The translations under genes and the position numbers were made by a program. Under the pieces are notes generated by a model. The model was not told where the DNA came from. It searched no databases and saw only the letters and a list, made by a program, of their open reading frames with translations. Shown here one piece after another: positions 12,626 through 28,380 of a stretch of 64,000 bases of DNA. The stretch comes from Octopus vulgaris. Taxonomy: Eukaryota. Within the stretch, counting starts at the first letter, position 1. The number at the start of each line of letters is the position of its first letter. The stretch spans positions 201,562,001 through 201,626,000 of the forward strand of contig OX597815.1 in NCBI GenBank assembly GCA_951406725.2. The letters run 5' to 3'.

Positions 12626-13714
12626 TCAATTTCGCTTCTTAGAGTTCTCGATTTCGTTTGCTCCAGTTAATGTTTTAAGAATTCTTATCTACAACCATCT
12701 TAGTCTGCACTAATGCCTTGATACTAGTTATTTGAATCCATCGTTTAGTTTTAGAAGTTAGTTTTATATGATTCCCAGAATGTCCTCACAGCTTTGAGGC
12801 ATGTCCTTTAACAATTTCTGTCTGAGAGAAAGCTTTTACCGAGTTTATGACGAGTTTGTAAAAAGCTAGCAGTTGAATTTTTGCTAGTAATTGCAGTTGT
12901 TGTTAAATGCACTATATCGGTTCTGTGTTGAAAGCATATTCTGCATTGTCGTTGACGTATGGAGTTCTGTGTAATATTCAGTGAATTATGAAAGTCTGAT
13001 ATGCTTATTAGCCGGCCGATCATTCCTATTGCCCTACATCTTACTAAAGACACAAAGTGCTAAATGTTTCCATACGCATGCTGCTTAAAGGCACGCGATT
13101 GAAAGATGAAATAAATTACAACGACGTAAAATAAATACATTTTTTGTGTGTCTAACAACATCAGTTTCTTAAAACCCTCATTTAAACAATATGAAAAATA
13201 AAACATACAGGATATGGGGTAAAAGCGAACAAAATCCCAGTATTTGCCTTAGGATTGTAATATACAATTATAGACAGATACGCTTCACGACGGCAAGAGT
13301 GATCCATGATTTCTGTTGTTATTTGATTAGTACCACATATGCATGCTCCTTATAGGACCATTTATCACATTAACATTTCTAAACTATTGTTGATATCAAT
13401 ATATCTGTTAATGGTGAAACTGTAATCTAACATCATTATACAATTTAGTCCTCGTAATGTTCTTCAACAGTCGCACTTGTGACGGGTAACACATATATCT
13501 TGCATATAGAATGCAAAAAATATTCCTGTTACAACTTAGTTATTGTCAATTTAGGTTGTCTCATAATCGATCTGTTACTAAACACGTCTGTAAGAAAGAT
13601 TGTGTGTATTTATAAATAATACATATGTGTATATATTCATGCTTTGATACACCAACATTTTCAAAACGAATAAGTATTTGTATTGAACCATTTTCATATA
13701 CATGACAAGATCAG

Positions 13715-13873
13715 TGTGTTTGGATTCCATATTTCTCCCCAGAATTCTTCCAATTCTTCTGCCGTTGGTGCTGCAGTGACTTCTATTTTATTTTTGCCCA
13801 GTTCTTGGTAGAACTTTTTGGGGTTGGAGTTGAACTTTTTGTTTTCTTCAAAGAAGCGTTGGCGTTTCTTGTT
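13715..13873 (-). mobile_element. Isolated pre-RT fragment of an R4-like element
   Basis: The minus strand reads NKKRQRFFEENKKFNSNPKKFYQELGKNKIEVTAAPTAEELEEFWGEIWNP, homologous to FKNKPKIF...PSKEEVQEFWSKIW at 27937-28272. Confidence 0.75.
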
Positions 13874-16187
<2,314 letters not shown>

Positions 16188-16189
16188 TA

Positions 16190-16266
<77 letters not shown>

Positions 16267-16276
16267 CATTATTATT

Positions 16277-16332
<56 letters not shown>

Positions 16333-16346
16333 CATTATTATTATTA

Positions 16347-16401
<55 letters not shown>

Positions 16402-16412
16402 CATTATTATTA
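16188..16412. repeat. (TTA)n microsatellite with TCA interruptions
   Basis: Seen directly. Confidence 0.95.
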
Positions 16413-16722
16413 CTTTTTTTTTCTTCTTTCAAATTTCCTTCCATTTCTTGCCGAGTGTCTTCCCGACTCCTAGGGCAAAGAAACTCAGTGTATATTGGTA
16501 GGCCATTAAACCAAACTCAGTAGTTCGTTCATTTTTTTTTTTTTTTTTTAAAGTTAAATTAAAATGCATGAGCAGCAACAGTTCTTACATCGACAGTGCT
16601 CTTCTCAATACGTGTGATGTACCATTTAAGACAATCTTTTGCACTTCTTGCAGGGATGGTAAGCCAGGGATCATTCTCATATAATTTTCGGTTCCCTTCT
16701 TGATCATTCCTAGTGCTCCTAC
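16413..16722 (-). mobile_element. Short 3' end of a family A RLE element
   Basis: Reverse complement of about 9856-10160 (VGALGMIKKG...RALSM* plus 3'UTR). Confidence 0.9.
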
Positions 16723-16864
16723 AATTTTCGTATTTTTCTGTTAAGATTAAGTATTTAAGTAATTGACCAGTTAATAATATTGAAACTGTAAGTCACGATA
16801 GGTATGGCTAAAATATTGATCGCGTCGATACTGATTCTTGCATTTAGCACTGTCTTGAATATCA
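16721..16864 (-). repeat. 144-bp local duplicate of 18246-18389
   Basis: Identical except for 2 substitutions. Confidence 0.95.
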
Positions 16865-16894
16865 TCATATTATCAAATATTATCAATAATATTA

Positions 16895-16954
<60 letters not shown>

Positions 16955-16956
<2 letters not shown>

Positions 16957-18608
16957 CGTTTGACCTTTGCTATGTGTTTGCACAGACTAATTCCAAGTCT
17001 CACTCAGAGACCTCAAGAGATAGTAAGTTAAAATTGCATGTTGATGTAAGGCCTACGTTTTCATATATTTGGTTTTGCGCATAATATTGTTCTATAGAAT
17101 TTTTTTTAAGAAAACAAGAACATTTTAAGTTGGTGGTAAAATTTGAGATTTCATAAACTGTATATCACGTAGGATGTGGAGAGTTGCCATGAGCACTATC
17201 TTTTGAATTTCTGCCATTTGGGGTTTCATGGCATTGGATCCAGTTGGGAATCAGTGACTTTTGCATTCCTTCCTAGGTTAAATATGACAAGAGGAATTAT
17301 TTTACTCTTGAGGTTCCACATTTTGCCAATTTCTAATTTTAGATCTTTGTATTTCCTCAGATTTTGGTAGGTCTTGACACATACATTTATGTTCTTTCGG
17401 GCAGTCATAACAATGAGAAGTCATGATTTTTGACTGAAGTTTTTGAGTATAATGTATGGCCTAATTCCATCTATCTTTCTGTGATATTGAACTAACAGAA
17501 TGTTTCAGAGGAGTGAGATGTGATCCTTTTCAAGTACTGGGGCGGTTTGTGTTCCCACCAGTTGATATCGTGGGAGAGATCCAGGTTTTTGCAAATTCCC
17601 CTGTGAATATATTGTGCTACTCTACATGCCTATTGAGATATTCTGTAGGTGGAAGAAGACTGCTCATGGAGACATTATCGATGGTTTTATTCTGTTGTTT
17701 AAATATACGGCATGTTGAGCTACCGCCGTTCTTTAATATGTTGGCCTGGTAGTTCCTTGTATGTAGGCATTGATCTTGAGATGCTACGATAACACCTTCT
17801 GTTTCCGATTTTAAGCCAGAAGGCACAAACGATTCATGAATAAGGGCTTTGTTGACATCTGCAGTATTAGTTCTGTTTGGGTATTTGTCATGAAGAGATT
17901 TTCCTTGCCATTTATCGGTAAGAGTATCTAAGGCAGCAGTTTTAGCACAGGTTTTCATAAGCATAGATTTGTCTGTGCTTGTTTCCAGTACCCATAATTC
18001 TGGGGTTTCTTGTATTTGAAATTCACTTAGATATTCCTTTTGCCTCTTTCGTTACTGAGAATGATGCTTTCTATTTTTCATGATTCAAGTGAATTTTTAA
18101 ACTCCAGTTTTTCAGGTAAATGTTTAGGGCAATTGTGGCAAACTTCATTGTTTATTCCAGTCGTAAAAGGCCATGGCTACCCACTTACTTGTCAGGTAAA
18201 ATAGTTCTATATCTGCCTTTGGATAGTGCATTCTATGCATTGTCAACAATTTTCGTATTTTTCTGTTAAGATTAAGTATTTAAGTAATTGACCAGTTAAT
18301 AATATTGAAACTGTAAGTCACGATAGGTATGGCTAAAATATTGATCGCGTCTATACTGTTTCTTGCATTTAGCACTGTCTTGAATATCAGACTTACTCTG
18401 CGATAACATTCTCTTCTGATCCTTTCCCTCATCATTGGATGTTTGATTCCCTCACCTTTAAATACCCGAAGGTATTTGAATGTAACCGCTGGTTCTAATT
18501 CCTTTGTGAAATTTTGCTTGTGAAGAGTATCATTAGATGTTTCTATCACTTCCCCCTGGGCTTTTATAAAGGTAACTTTTGCGCGTTTATCGTTCAGTAA
18601 TCCTAAAT
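16955..18608 (-). mobile_element. Older, decayed family C-like R4 element
   Basis: The 3'UTR resembles 14997-15130 (CAGAGACCTCAAGAG). Motifs FKYLRV, ECYRRV, NILAIPIVTYSF, ASQDQ, CRIF and RKYKDL are present with many stops and frameshifts. Confidence 0.85.
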
Positions 18609-20106
18609 GCAGAAGCACTGGGATGTTTTATAATTTTTATATGCCAAAAAATGATTATATTTCCCGGGGTATGTCCTCTTTCTTCTTGGAGATTCGCAGG
18701 ATATTTATGTATCCATGCCAAATTCTGTGTTAATTTAGTACAATAAAGTTTGCAAGTTCAAATGGAAACCTATAAGAGTCTTACGTATAAAATTTCGACT
18801 TACATTGTGATCATGTTCCCCATCTTTCATGAGATATTCCTATCCGATAGCTACTTCTTGCCTCAAACATTACAGGATGTTCTATTTTTTTTGTGAATCA
18901 CGATCTGGCCTGAGACGTTTATAGCTTTAATGGATTATTCCATCATAATTCTTTATATTATAAAGCAGTGTATCTATTCAATTTCCAGTCTGCCTTTTGT
19001 GTAATGTTCATAATAACAGTTAATGCAATATAGGTGTTTTAAAAACTACTCTGTATGAATGCAGTAAATCAAAAATATTTTTCATCAGATGCCAAGGGCG
19101 TAGAATATGGGTGTGTAAGTATACTGTTCGAGTATTTTCTGACCAATTTTCATTCGCCGTTTGAGATACAATATTTTAGTGTAGCTCTTTGTGGTAATTA
19201 AATGGGGTAAAAGAATTTTATACAACGTAACTAAACTCTTGAAGATGTCCGAAGTTGTCACTTTTATTTTATACCCTAATTTATTAAGTATTTTCTGATT
19301 CGCAACATAATGTTTATTAGTGATCATCGCACCAACATTATTTCTGAAATAGTGAAATATAGAATAATACTAATATTACCCAATCAGATTTAACTCTTTA
19401 CAGAAATGCTTATAAATCAATTCCCACACTATTTTGCAGTCGTATTTTTGCTAAAACCTTTTGTATTCTGTATAGGCAGTGAGAGGTGTCATTTGAAATT
19501 TCTCAAAGCTATCCCGAATTTTATTCGTATGGTATTGAAAACAGAAAAATGGAACCTACTGCTTCGAAATAAATACCTACATAAATATAAAACACACACG
19601 TACACACACACAAACAAACATATACACATGTAACTTTTATGTGTATATATATATATACACACACACACACATGTACGCGCAAAGACATTCATACCCACAC
19701 AAAAACACCCACACATCCAAACAAACACATATATGTTTGAGCGTGTGTGTGTATTTATGGGTGTGTATGTTTGTACGTCTGTGTGAACGAGAGAGGGTGT
19801 CTATTTGTGTATATAAATAATTCGAGGTTCTGTCTCTGTTTCGTGACAACGTTATATAACTTAAGTATATATTTCCGAATTGCATATTGTCAGTAATTAT
19901 TCTATGAACTGTTTAGTGTTCGCAAATATTAATTTTCTCTTTTGCTCTAAATTCACATTATATTTGGAATGAGACTTCTTATTTATACAAATTATTTTTA
20001 TATTAGTAATCTGAGAGTTGACACGGTAGAAATAGATTTCGAAAATAGAATATTACAAATCGAATTGATTTATGTGTGTGCGTGTGTGTACATAAATACA
20101 TCCATA

Positions 20107-20610
<504 letters not shown>

Positions 20611-21953
20611 GCAGATATATATTCATGTCCACATCTGTCTACATGTATCTTATGTATAAGTCTCTTTGTGTGCGCGTATGTATGTTAATTCATCTTTGTT
20701 TTGTTGAAAAATATAACCCAAGTGACTCTTTAATTCACATATACTGTTTTATGTTCGAAGTATATATTATCTCAGCTAAGTTTGTTTTGACTGGGTTTCT
20801 AATCCTACACACCGTCGAAACACATACACATCTGCGTTTATTATGTTCTTTTATCATTCAATGATAAGTCTAGTCTGCGTATTATCTCTTGAGGGTTCTT
20901 TCAATCTAGCAAATGTACTGTTGCTTACGTTAGTAGATTATGTGCGGAATTGTATCGCGTCAATGTGCATTATCTAGTGTTATATCCCCGTGAGTATCTG
21001 AGTAATATTGCTATGCTAAAACTCAAATAGAAACTTAAATGAAAAATCCATTATGATGATTATAGAGCTTTCCATCACGTAATACTATTTAAAATTGCGT
21101 AATTAACTGATTTACAGGTTATATTCGTTGGTATAGTCTCCATTGCTTTGCTTTTCTCTTAAAGTTTGTCTTTTGGTGTTATTGATGTTAAATAATTGAA
21201 GAGTTATCTAATGAACAATACAGACATGAACCGCGGAAGAACTCTTTCAGTTGTTATTAAATGGTTCTCAAAATAATGGTAAATAAAGTTTCACAAGTTT
21301 CACAAACTAGCATCGTGTTGCACCCTCTGCATGTAATGAAAAGAAAATGAAGCCCAAAAAAATTAAATTAAAAAATAAAAGCAAAATTTAATTATACTGT
21401 TGCAACACCTTCGGGAAAATGGGTATTATTTGTACCCTATCAACAAATTTATGATCGGGTGTGTTATTTTTCCTTCCTATATTCCAAATAAAACATGTGC
21501 ATTTTATCTTACGGTAAATTAGTACTCACAGTTATATATATTTGTTTCTTTTTTCATTAACCGTATATATAATTGAAATATAAATCATGTTACATAAAAA
21601 CGCTGGACACTCAAAGAGGAGGATAAAAATTCATTAGGAATAAAATGAAATAGTTAACCATTGAGAGTGCACTATTGAGGCTACTGAGGCCATCGAGAAG
21701 TATTCTGTTGAGAAACAATTATCCTTTTCATGACGGCCTACAAGAGGGAAAATTTATGCAAGTCAATTTAAAAAAAAAATATTCACAAATTGTAAAATAC
21801 GTTTTTAATGCTACTAAAAATGGTGGGGTTTTGCCACAACTACGTATGTCGATTATTCAACAGTATGTTTTTTGCATAAGAAAATATTTTCCCAACGCGC
21901 TTGGGGTTGAAATACCTGAAAGTAAGTTATACGCAAAATATACAACTCGTATG

Positions 21954-22024
21954 AGATCCCAGTTTGGGGCGACAGACATCGAAAATGACGAACCATCGAT
22001 GTCTGTTGCTCCAAAAAGCGGTCT
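21954..22024 (+). other. Stem-loop with 20-bp arms (21963-21982 and 21996-22015)
   Basis: TTTGGGGCGACAGACATCGA pairs with TCGATGTCTGTTGCTCCAAA. Both non-Watson-Crick positions are G:U in plus-strand RNA. Confidence 0.8.
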
Positions 22025-22964
22025 GATGTGACTTGACTCTCTTGCCTATGAATTACTTTCAGGTGTTTTAACATAAACTTTTATATCTTTTATATGCAGA
22101 AATTGTTCAATCAAAAAATATGTGAATTATTTTATGAATCTTTAGTCAGTCTGCTTTCCTGCTTTCAAACTGTGGAAATAGGGAGTGAATATCTTTAGTG
22201 GCTGGAAGTATCAGACTCTATTTTCAGTATATGAGCACGTTAGCGTCTGTGCGTTGAAGTTTAATTATATCATATACAATTATCTCTCTCTCTCTCTGTA
22301 TATATATATTTATACACATATAGAGATATACATATATACATGTGCGTGTGCACACACACATACACATAGATACACACACAGACACACACACACACATACA
22401 CACATATATATATATGTACATATACATATATGTGTGTTTATCGTTTACTGTATGTTCCTAATCGTTATTATTTTTAAACTGCGTTCTCACTGTCTACGCC
22501 TCTATGTTCTTTTCAGACTTTGACAGTCCTACACACGCTCTTTTGTCAAAGGAAGTTGTGTCATAGTAAATCAAGCCTTTTAATTCGATGACGATTTTAA
22601 ATAAATGCATAGAAGATCATTTTAAATATAAAGTTATGTCGGCGGTTTTAAATTTGATTAACACGAACTCGAAACATGGTGCTAATTCAAATGTTATAGT
22701 CTCGATTCCCTTAGCAAAATGCTTAACGTCAATTTCTTCATGGTTATGCTCTGAGTGTATATTCAATCCTTCGGTGTCCATAAAATAACTAGCAGTTGAG
22801 CACTGGGAACGATTTAATCGACTTAGCCCCTCCTTCGTAAATGGTGGCCTTGTGCCAAAAATTGAAAGCAAGAAAACGGTATCCATTCTTTTAACTAGTT
22901 TTGCTTCTTTTGCATTTGTTGTTTTGCTTTAACATATAAAACTTATCAGTATTTCGCTAGAAGC

Positions 22965-23226
22965 GGCTGTGTGGTAAGAAGCCCGTCGTATATATGTATA
23001 TGTGTGTATATGTTTGTGTGTCTGTGTTTGTCCCCTCCCCCCAACATCGCTTTACAACCGATGCTGGTGTGTTTATATACCGGTAAGCAAAAGCGACCGA
23101 TAGAATAAATACTAGGCTTCCAAAGAATAAGTCCTGGGGTCAGTTTGCTCGACTAAAAGGTTGTGCTCCAGCATGGCCGCAGTCAAATGACTGAAACAAG
23201 TAAAAGAGTAAATGAGTAAACGAGTA
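22965..23226 (+). mobile_element. SINE family 2 with about 128-bp internal deletion
   Basis: Jumps from GTGGTAAGAAGC directly to CCGTCGTATA. The tail is intact. Confidence 0.85.
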
Positions 23227-25292
23227 TGCAAATATTAGGTATTAAGTTCAAAATCTGAATGTTTATCATGCTAAACAAGTGTGAAAATAGCAGGCTAGGT
23301 CTTGTTTATATATCTTCCTCCGTTTATTGGATCAGATTTCGGAAATAACTTCGAATCCGATCGGAGGTACTTGCAATCATTGACTAACAACTATGTTAAT
23401 CGCAACAGAAAATGTTAAAATATATTATGTACAAGAAATACATTAAACAGATCAAGTTCGGTAGTTGGTGCAATTATATACTTGAATTTGTTCATCATGT
23501 GTTATCGAAGATTAATGAAATATACAGGGACTTAGAAGAAATGTCTAAATCAGCACATGATTTATCAAGAGAAGATGGATTTGTTCAATCAGGCACTAGG
23601 GATGCCAGAAATAGATAATAGCTGTCAAGTAATTCATCCATATATAATGAAATGTCTCAAGACGTTTCCTTTTCTAAATTAACTACCCGTTGATCATTTG
23701 ATACACGTTGTCTTTCGAATAAATATTCATAGAGCGGAATCAGAGCAATCGTATTACAAAACCAATTTTCTTTCCCATTGTTTATATATCTTTGATTGTT
23801 TTTCATGATTTAGGTGGAATATAAAACTTCATTAACTGCAAAAGGTAACATATAGAGAGTTAGCTGAATATATGCTGTGAACGACAATGAAAAAGAAATA
23901 TCTACTTATGTTGGTAGCCTTTCAGTCATATCCTAATAAGTTGGTCTTTTGTTTAGTAAACAGGAAAGCGTAACTAGTGTTATACACTTTCAAAATAATT
24001 TTAATTATCTTTTAATTACCATACGTTAAACAGTATTTTTAATTTCACTCAGAATACGAAACGCATGAGAAAGTATCAACGATATCCTCTCTGATCTACT
24101 ATTGTGAGAACTTCAATAGATTATAAGAGTGACACAAGTAAATTCTAAGGGGCAAATTTATTAAAATGTAGTAGTTGATTTATTCTTGAGAGGAAGAATG
24201 TAATTTTCTCTAGTAAGAGACGGAACTGTCTGAGGGAAATTTATACGGAATATTGATTACCCATCACTGTTCAGGTTTTCTCAAATTCACATGACCTTAT
24301 TTTTCACACGTTCCTAGATTTTGAGGCCTCTGATACTTCCTCTCGATGTCATCCAGCGTCTTCTATCAAATAATCGATGTATGACATCGCGTTCAACCAC
24401 TGCGACTGCGACCAATTCGTATTGTCTAAAGTATAAAACGTATCCATAAAATGAACTTTTTCTCTTAATATAGTGAAACTTTCGGAACATAAAATCTGTT
24501 TCTGTTCATTTCAGGAGCTATTCATAATAATATGAGCATGTGTGCATAGATGACAGTCTGCAAAATTTCCTGTTTTGTTTTTCATCTGTATCCCATTGGT
24601 AGAATCATAATATTACATAGTGCCTAAGCAGCTGCCTAAGTAGAAAGTAATGCGATGACGTAAATACATCTCTGTTCAAATCTGTTGATGGTAAATATTT
24701 GTAAATTTATGAACAATTTCCGGTGATTTCTGAGTTTATACAATATATATGGCTTCAAATTTCAGTTGTTGAATAATTTAAATATCATACAAAAATGTTA
24801 TATTCACTTATTTGTTAATTACGATCATGGTTCAAATTCCGTCGAGGTCAACTTTACATTTCCTAGTTATCTTTCATGTTTCAAATTCCGCTGAGGTCGA
24901 CTTTACCTTTCATTGTCAAGATTGAAGTAATGAGGTAGATAAAATCGATAAGCTCCATCCGCTATAATTTCAGGCCTTGTGCTATAGTATGAATGATTAA
25001 TGCTCTCACCCCTCTGAAAATTCCTAGTCTTATAAGTTTCTTGCTGACTATGCAGTCGCTGGCGCCACGTATAAAGCATCCAGTCCACAGTGTGGAGTCT
25101 CTGGCATTTGGAAGGGTATCCAGCTATAAAAAGGATGCCAAACCTAACCTCACCTGTGCCGGTACCACGCAAAAGGCACGCAATCCATTCTCTGGGGAGG
25201 TTGATGTAAGGAAGGTTTTGACATTTGTTACAAAGATGGAATTTAAATATGTTCATCTTGAAAGCATAACTAGAGCTAAAAATTGCACGCAG

Positions 25293-25692
25293 TACTCTTT
25301 TACTCTTTTACTCTTTTACTTGTTTCACTCATTTGACTGCGGCCATGCTGGAGCACCGCCTTTAATCGAGCAACTCGACCCCGAGACTTATTCTTTTTGA
25401 AAGCCCAGTACTTATTCTATCGGTCTCTTTTTGCCGAACCGCTAAGTGACGGGGACGTAAACACACCAGCATCGGTTGTCAAGCAATGCTAGGGGAACAA
25501 ACATAAACACACAAACACATACATATATATACATATATACGACAGGCTTCTTTCAGTTTCCGTCTACCAAATCCACTCACAAGGCATTGGTCGGCCCGGG
25601 GCTATAGCAGAAGACACTTGCCCAAGATGCCACGCAGTGGGACTGAACCCAGAACCATGTGGTTGGTTAGCAAGCTACTTACCACACAGCCA
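25293..25692 (-). mobile_element. SINE family 2
   Basis: Reverse complement of 1487-1884, with (TACTCTTT)n tail. Confidence 0.9.
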
Positions 25693-26603
25693 TTTTAACA
25701 TAAATTGGATCCCGAACACAACGCGTCATACAAAATAACTGAAATCTTATCATACATCGGTTGCGGATAAGGTTTTCAGTAAAACGTCCATGGTAAAAAT
25801 GTGCGTGCTGTTAGTGTTGTTGTATGCATCCTCAAATGCTGGAGTCCATGATAGATCAGACATGAAACCAGATCTGTGGTTGTTTCGGCACTTTCACCGC
25901 CATACCAGAGATGCAATGGGTCACCTATTAATACAAGAGAAAAAATAAGCTCTCGCACTATAGCATGAAATTCGTTAAATCAGACGTCATAATTCTGGGC
26001 AAGATATTTCTTTCAGATCCATTGCTTGTTCCTCTTGCAATTATTGTCCTCTCTTCTGAGAGGGTGGTGTAATGACATGCTTTCTCAGCGGCTTCGAACA
26101 ATTTTCTGTATACGATCTTATTAGTCTCCTTTTGAACTAGTTCAAGACTTCTGAGTATCAATCGAGGCCTGATTCCAATAACTCTAATAACTGTCACCAC
26201 TAGAAGGTAAATTGTCTTCTAAGAATTCTTTCCAAAGGAATGTGATTTCCACGTTCTCTTCCCAAGCTTTACCAATTCTTGTTTTCCATACAGCATATGA
26301 CAATATTGGAGTTTTTGTTGTATACAGATGGGAAGTGGTATTTCTTATCAAGGTCAATACAAAGTCCCTTTGTGTTTTCCCATTTTAGATCATTCTGTTC
26401 CTTTTAGTGGCAACATGCAGCGATCACAATCCCAACAAAACTTGGAAATACATTGTAGTCTTTCACCATTATTAATTCGCTTTACCCACTTCACCAGTGC
26501 ATCAGCCATTTCTCTCAGGAAAAAATAACTAATTCTTAAATTTTCATAGAAAAAGAGAGGAACAAGATTTTCATACGTGTCTCTTAAAATTTTATTTTCC
26601 ACT

Positions 26604-26830
26604 TCTTCCAGTCATTAGACTGCAGCCTTTCTGGAGCAAAGCCTTGGAGAATTTTAATCATAGAATTCGACTACAACACTTAAAATTTTTAAGCCTGGTA
26701 TTTACTATATTAGACACTTTTGCCGAACCGCTAATTAGGGTGATGTAAACTCACCAGCACTTGTTCTCACGTGATGGCGGGGAACAAACACAGATACAAA
26801 GACACATACACACATATATGTATGTATATA
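26604..26830 (-). mobile_element. Diverged SINE family 2, 3' half
   Basis: TTTTGCCGAACCGCTAA and CACCAGCA...GGGGAACAAACACAGA motifs. Confidence 0.7.
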
Positions 26831-26889
26831 TGTGCGTTTGTATAGATATGTATGGGTACGTATATATATATATATATATATATATATAA

Positions 26890-27667
26890 TGTGGAAAGGT
26901 AGAAAAGGCTAAACAATGAAAATAGATTTTAAGATGTGCTAACGTAAGCTAAAAGTAAGTTACCTGATAGTCTTTGGTTTTATGTGTATCCAGTATTTCG
27001 GGACATACAAATCCCTTCTTCAGAGTTTAAAAGGAACTGTCCTTGGTCAGATGTTTCTTGTCGAAAATTAAATAATTTTATGATTATATTTGAATTTTCA
27101 AGCGTTTTTCCTCTTCGGGAATGTTAGCGACGTCAATTATTAACTTATCGCTCCACAAATCAATTTACATTACCTCTTCTCTTATATGTAGCGAATGTGC
27201 CTGAGGGTGTATGTCATGTTATGTATTGCGTGCCCAGCTCCAATCTATTATTCATTTGTGTGTTTTTTTTTATAGATAATAAAAGCTTCCTTAATTATTA
27301 AGTTGCCGAGATTTCTATCATTGGCTTCAATTGTAACTTTAATTTCTTTGTTGGTATTTTTACATTTATCAATTTTTTTTTTGAATGAGGGTGCTCGTGT
27401 GTTGAAATGTTCCCTAATGCGAGTATGCAAAGTTCGAGTTATGCTGCCTATACAAAACGCCTTACATTTGTCGCATTCTATTCGGTGTACTACATGTGTC
27501 CATGGCACATAGCTGTATCGCAGTTAGGACAGTTAATTAATGGGAATTGATTGTTGTCTCTAGATTGCTTTTTATTCAGGTATCTGCGCAGAGATGTGCC
27601 GGAGTGTGCTAATTTTATGTCCAGTTCTTTGTTGCGTATGTTTCTGTCTCCATCCTTCCCCTCACTA
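26890..27667 (-). mobile_element. Penelope-like element 3' fragment (GIY-YIG endonuclease)
   Basis: Cys-rich linker CPNCDTAMC, then VVHRIECDKCKAFCIGSITRTLHTRIREH...IKEAFII (cf. VVY...YIG.T.R.L..R..EH). A hammerhead-like core lies downstream. Confidence 0.8.
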
Positions 27668-28380
27668 AGTATGGCTAAAGCATTGGTCGCTTCGATCCTG
27701 TTTCTTTCATTCAGCTCTGTCTTGAGTGTTGGACTCACCCTGCGATAACATTCTCTTCTGATCCTTTCCCTCATCACTGAATGATTCCGTCCCCTTCAAT
27801 TTCCCCTAGGTATTTGTAGCTTTCTCCGGTTCTAAATCTTTTATGACATTCTCCTGGTTAAGGATAACATTAGATGTTTCTTTTGATAAAGCTGGATTTT
27901 ACACATTTATCGAGGCCAAATTGCATCCTGATATCTTCACTGAATTGTTATATCTTCTTCTATTTTGACACCCTCCCAGTTTTGCTCTTCTAAGGAGTCT
28001 ACGTCTGTAGATATTCTATCAATCCAAGGAGCCTTTTCATTGTGTGTTTTTTCTTCTTCCCATATTTTACTCCAAAATTCCTGCACTTCTTCTTTTGATG
28101 GGACAGACTTTACTGTAACTGGTGTTTTTCCTGCAAAAATTTTGGGTTTATTTTTGAACATGTCCTTGAAGAATCTAATGCGCATTTCATACCTTCCTAT
28201 GCGAGCAGTCTTAACACATACCGTTTGCTTGGTCATTTCTATGGTGATATCAATTTCAAGTATGGTTTTCATAGTATATTTCTTCTTTAATTTTCGGGGT
28301 TTTTTGTAGGTTTGACAGTCTTGTCAGACTTAAAGTTTTTCAAACATTCTATGTCAGCTCTAAGTAGCTTAATTTGGTAT
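27668..28380 (-). mobile_element. R4-like fragment lacking most of the RT domain
   Basis: PSKEEVQEFWSKIWEEEKTHNEKAPWI is joined near 27945 to FSEDIRMQFGLDKC, YKYLG and ECYRRV...NALAI. Confidence 0.8.

Noticed and set aside
19085-19327. 80-aa ORF, and similar unassigned ORFs at 21675-22031, 38433-38672, 44032-44265, 55426-55803 and 57143-57340
   Set aside because: No convincing motifs. Some may be very old TE debris, but I cannot support a call.
23316-23367. Imperfect hairpin CCTCCG...CGGAGG
   Set aside because: Short helices with large bulges; not distinguishable from chance by eye.
26200-26219. CTAGAAGGTAAATTGTCTTC resembles 55426-55446
   Set aside because: The match is 20 nt with an indel and does not extend; probably chance.
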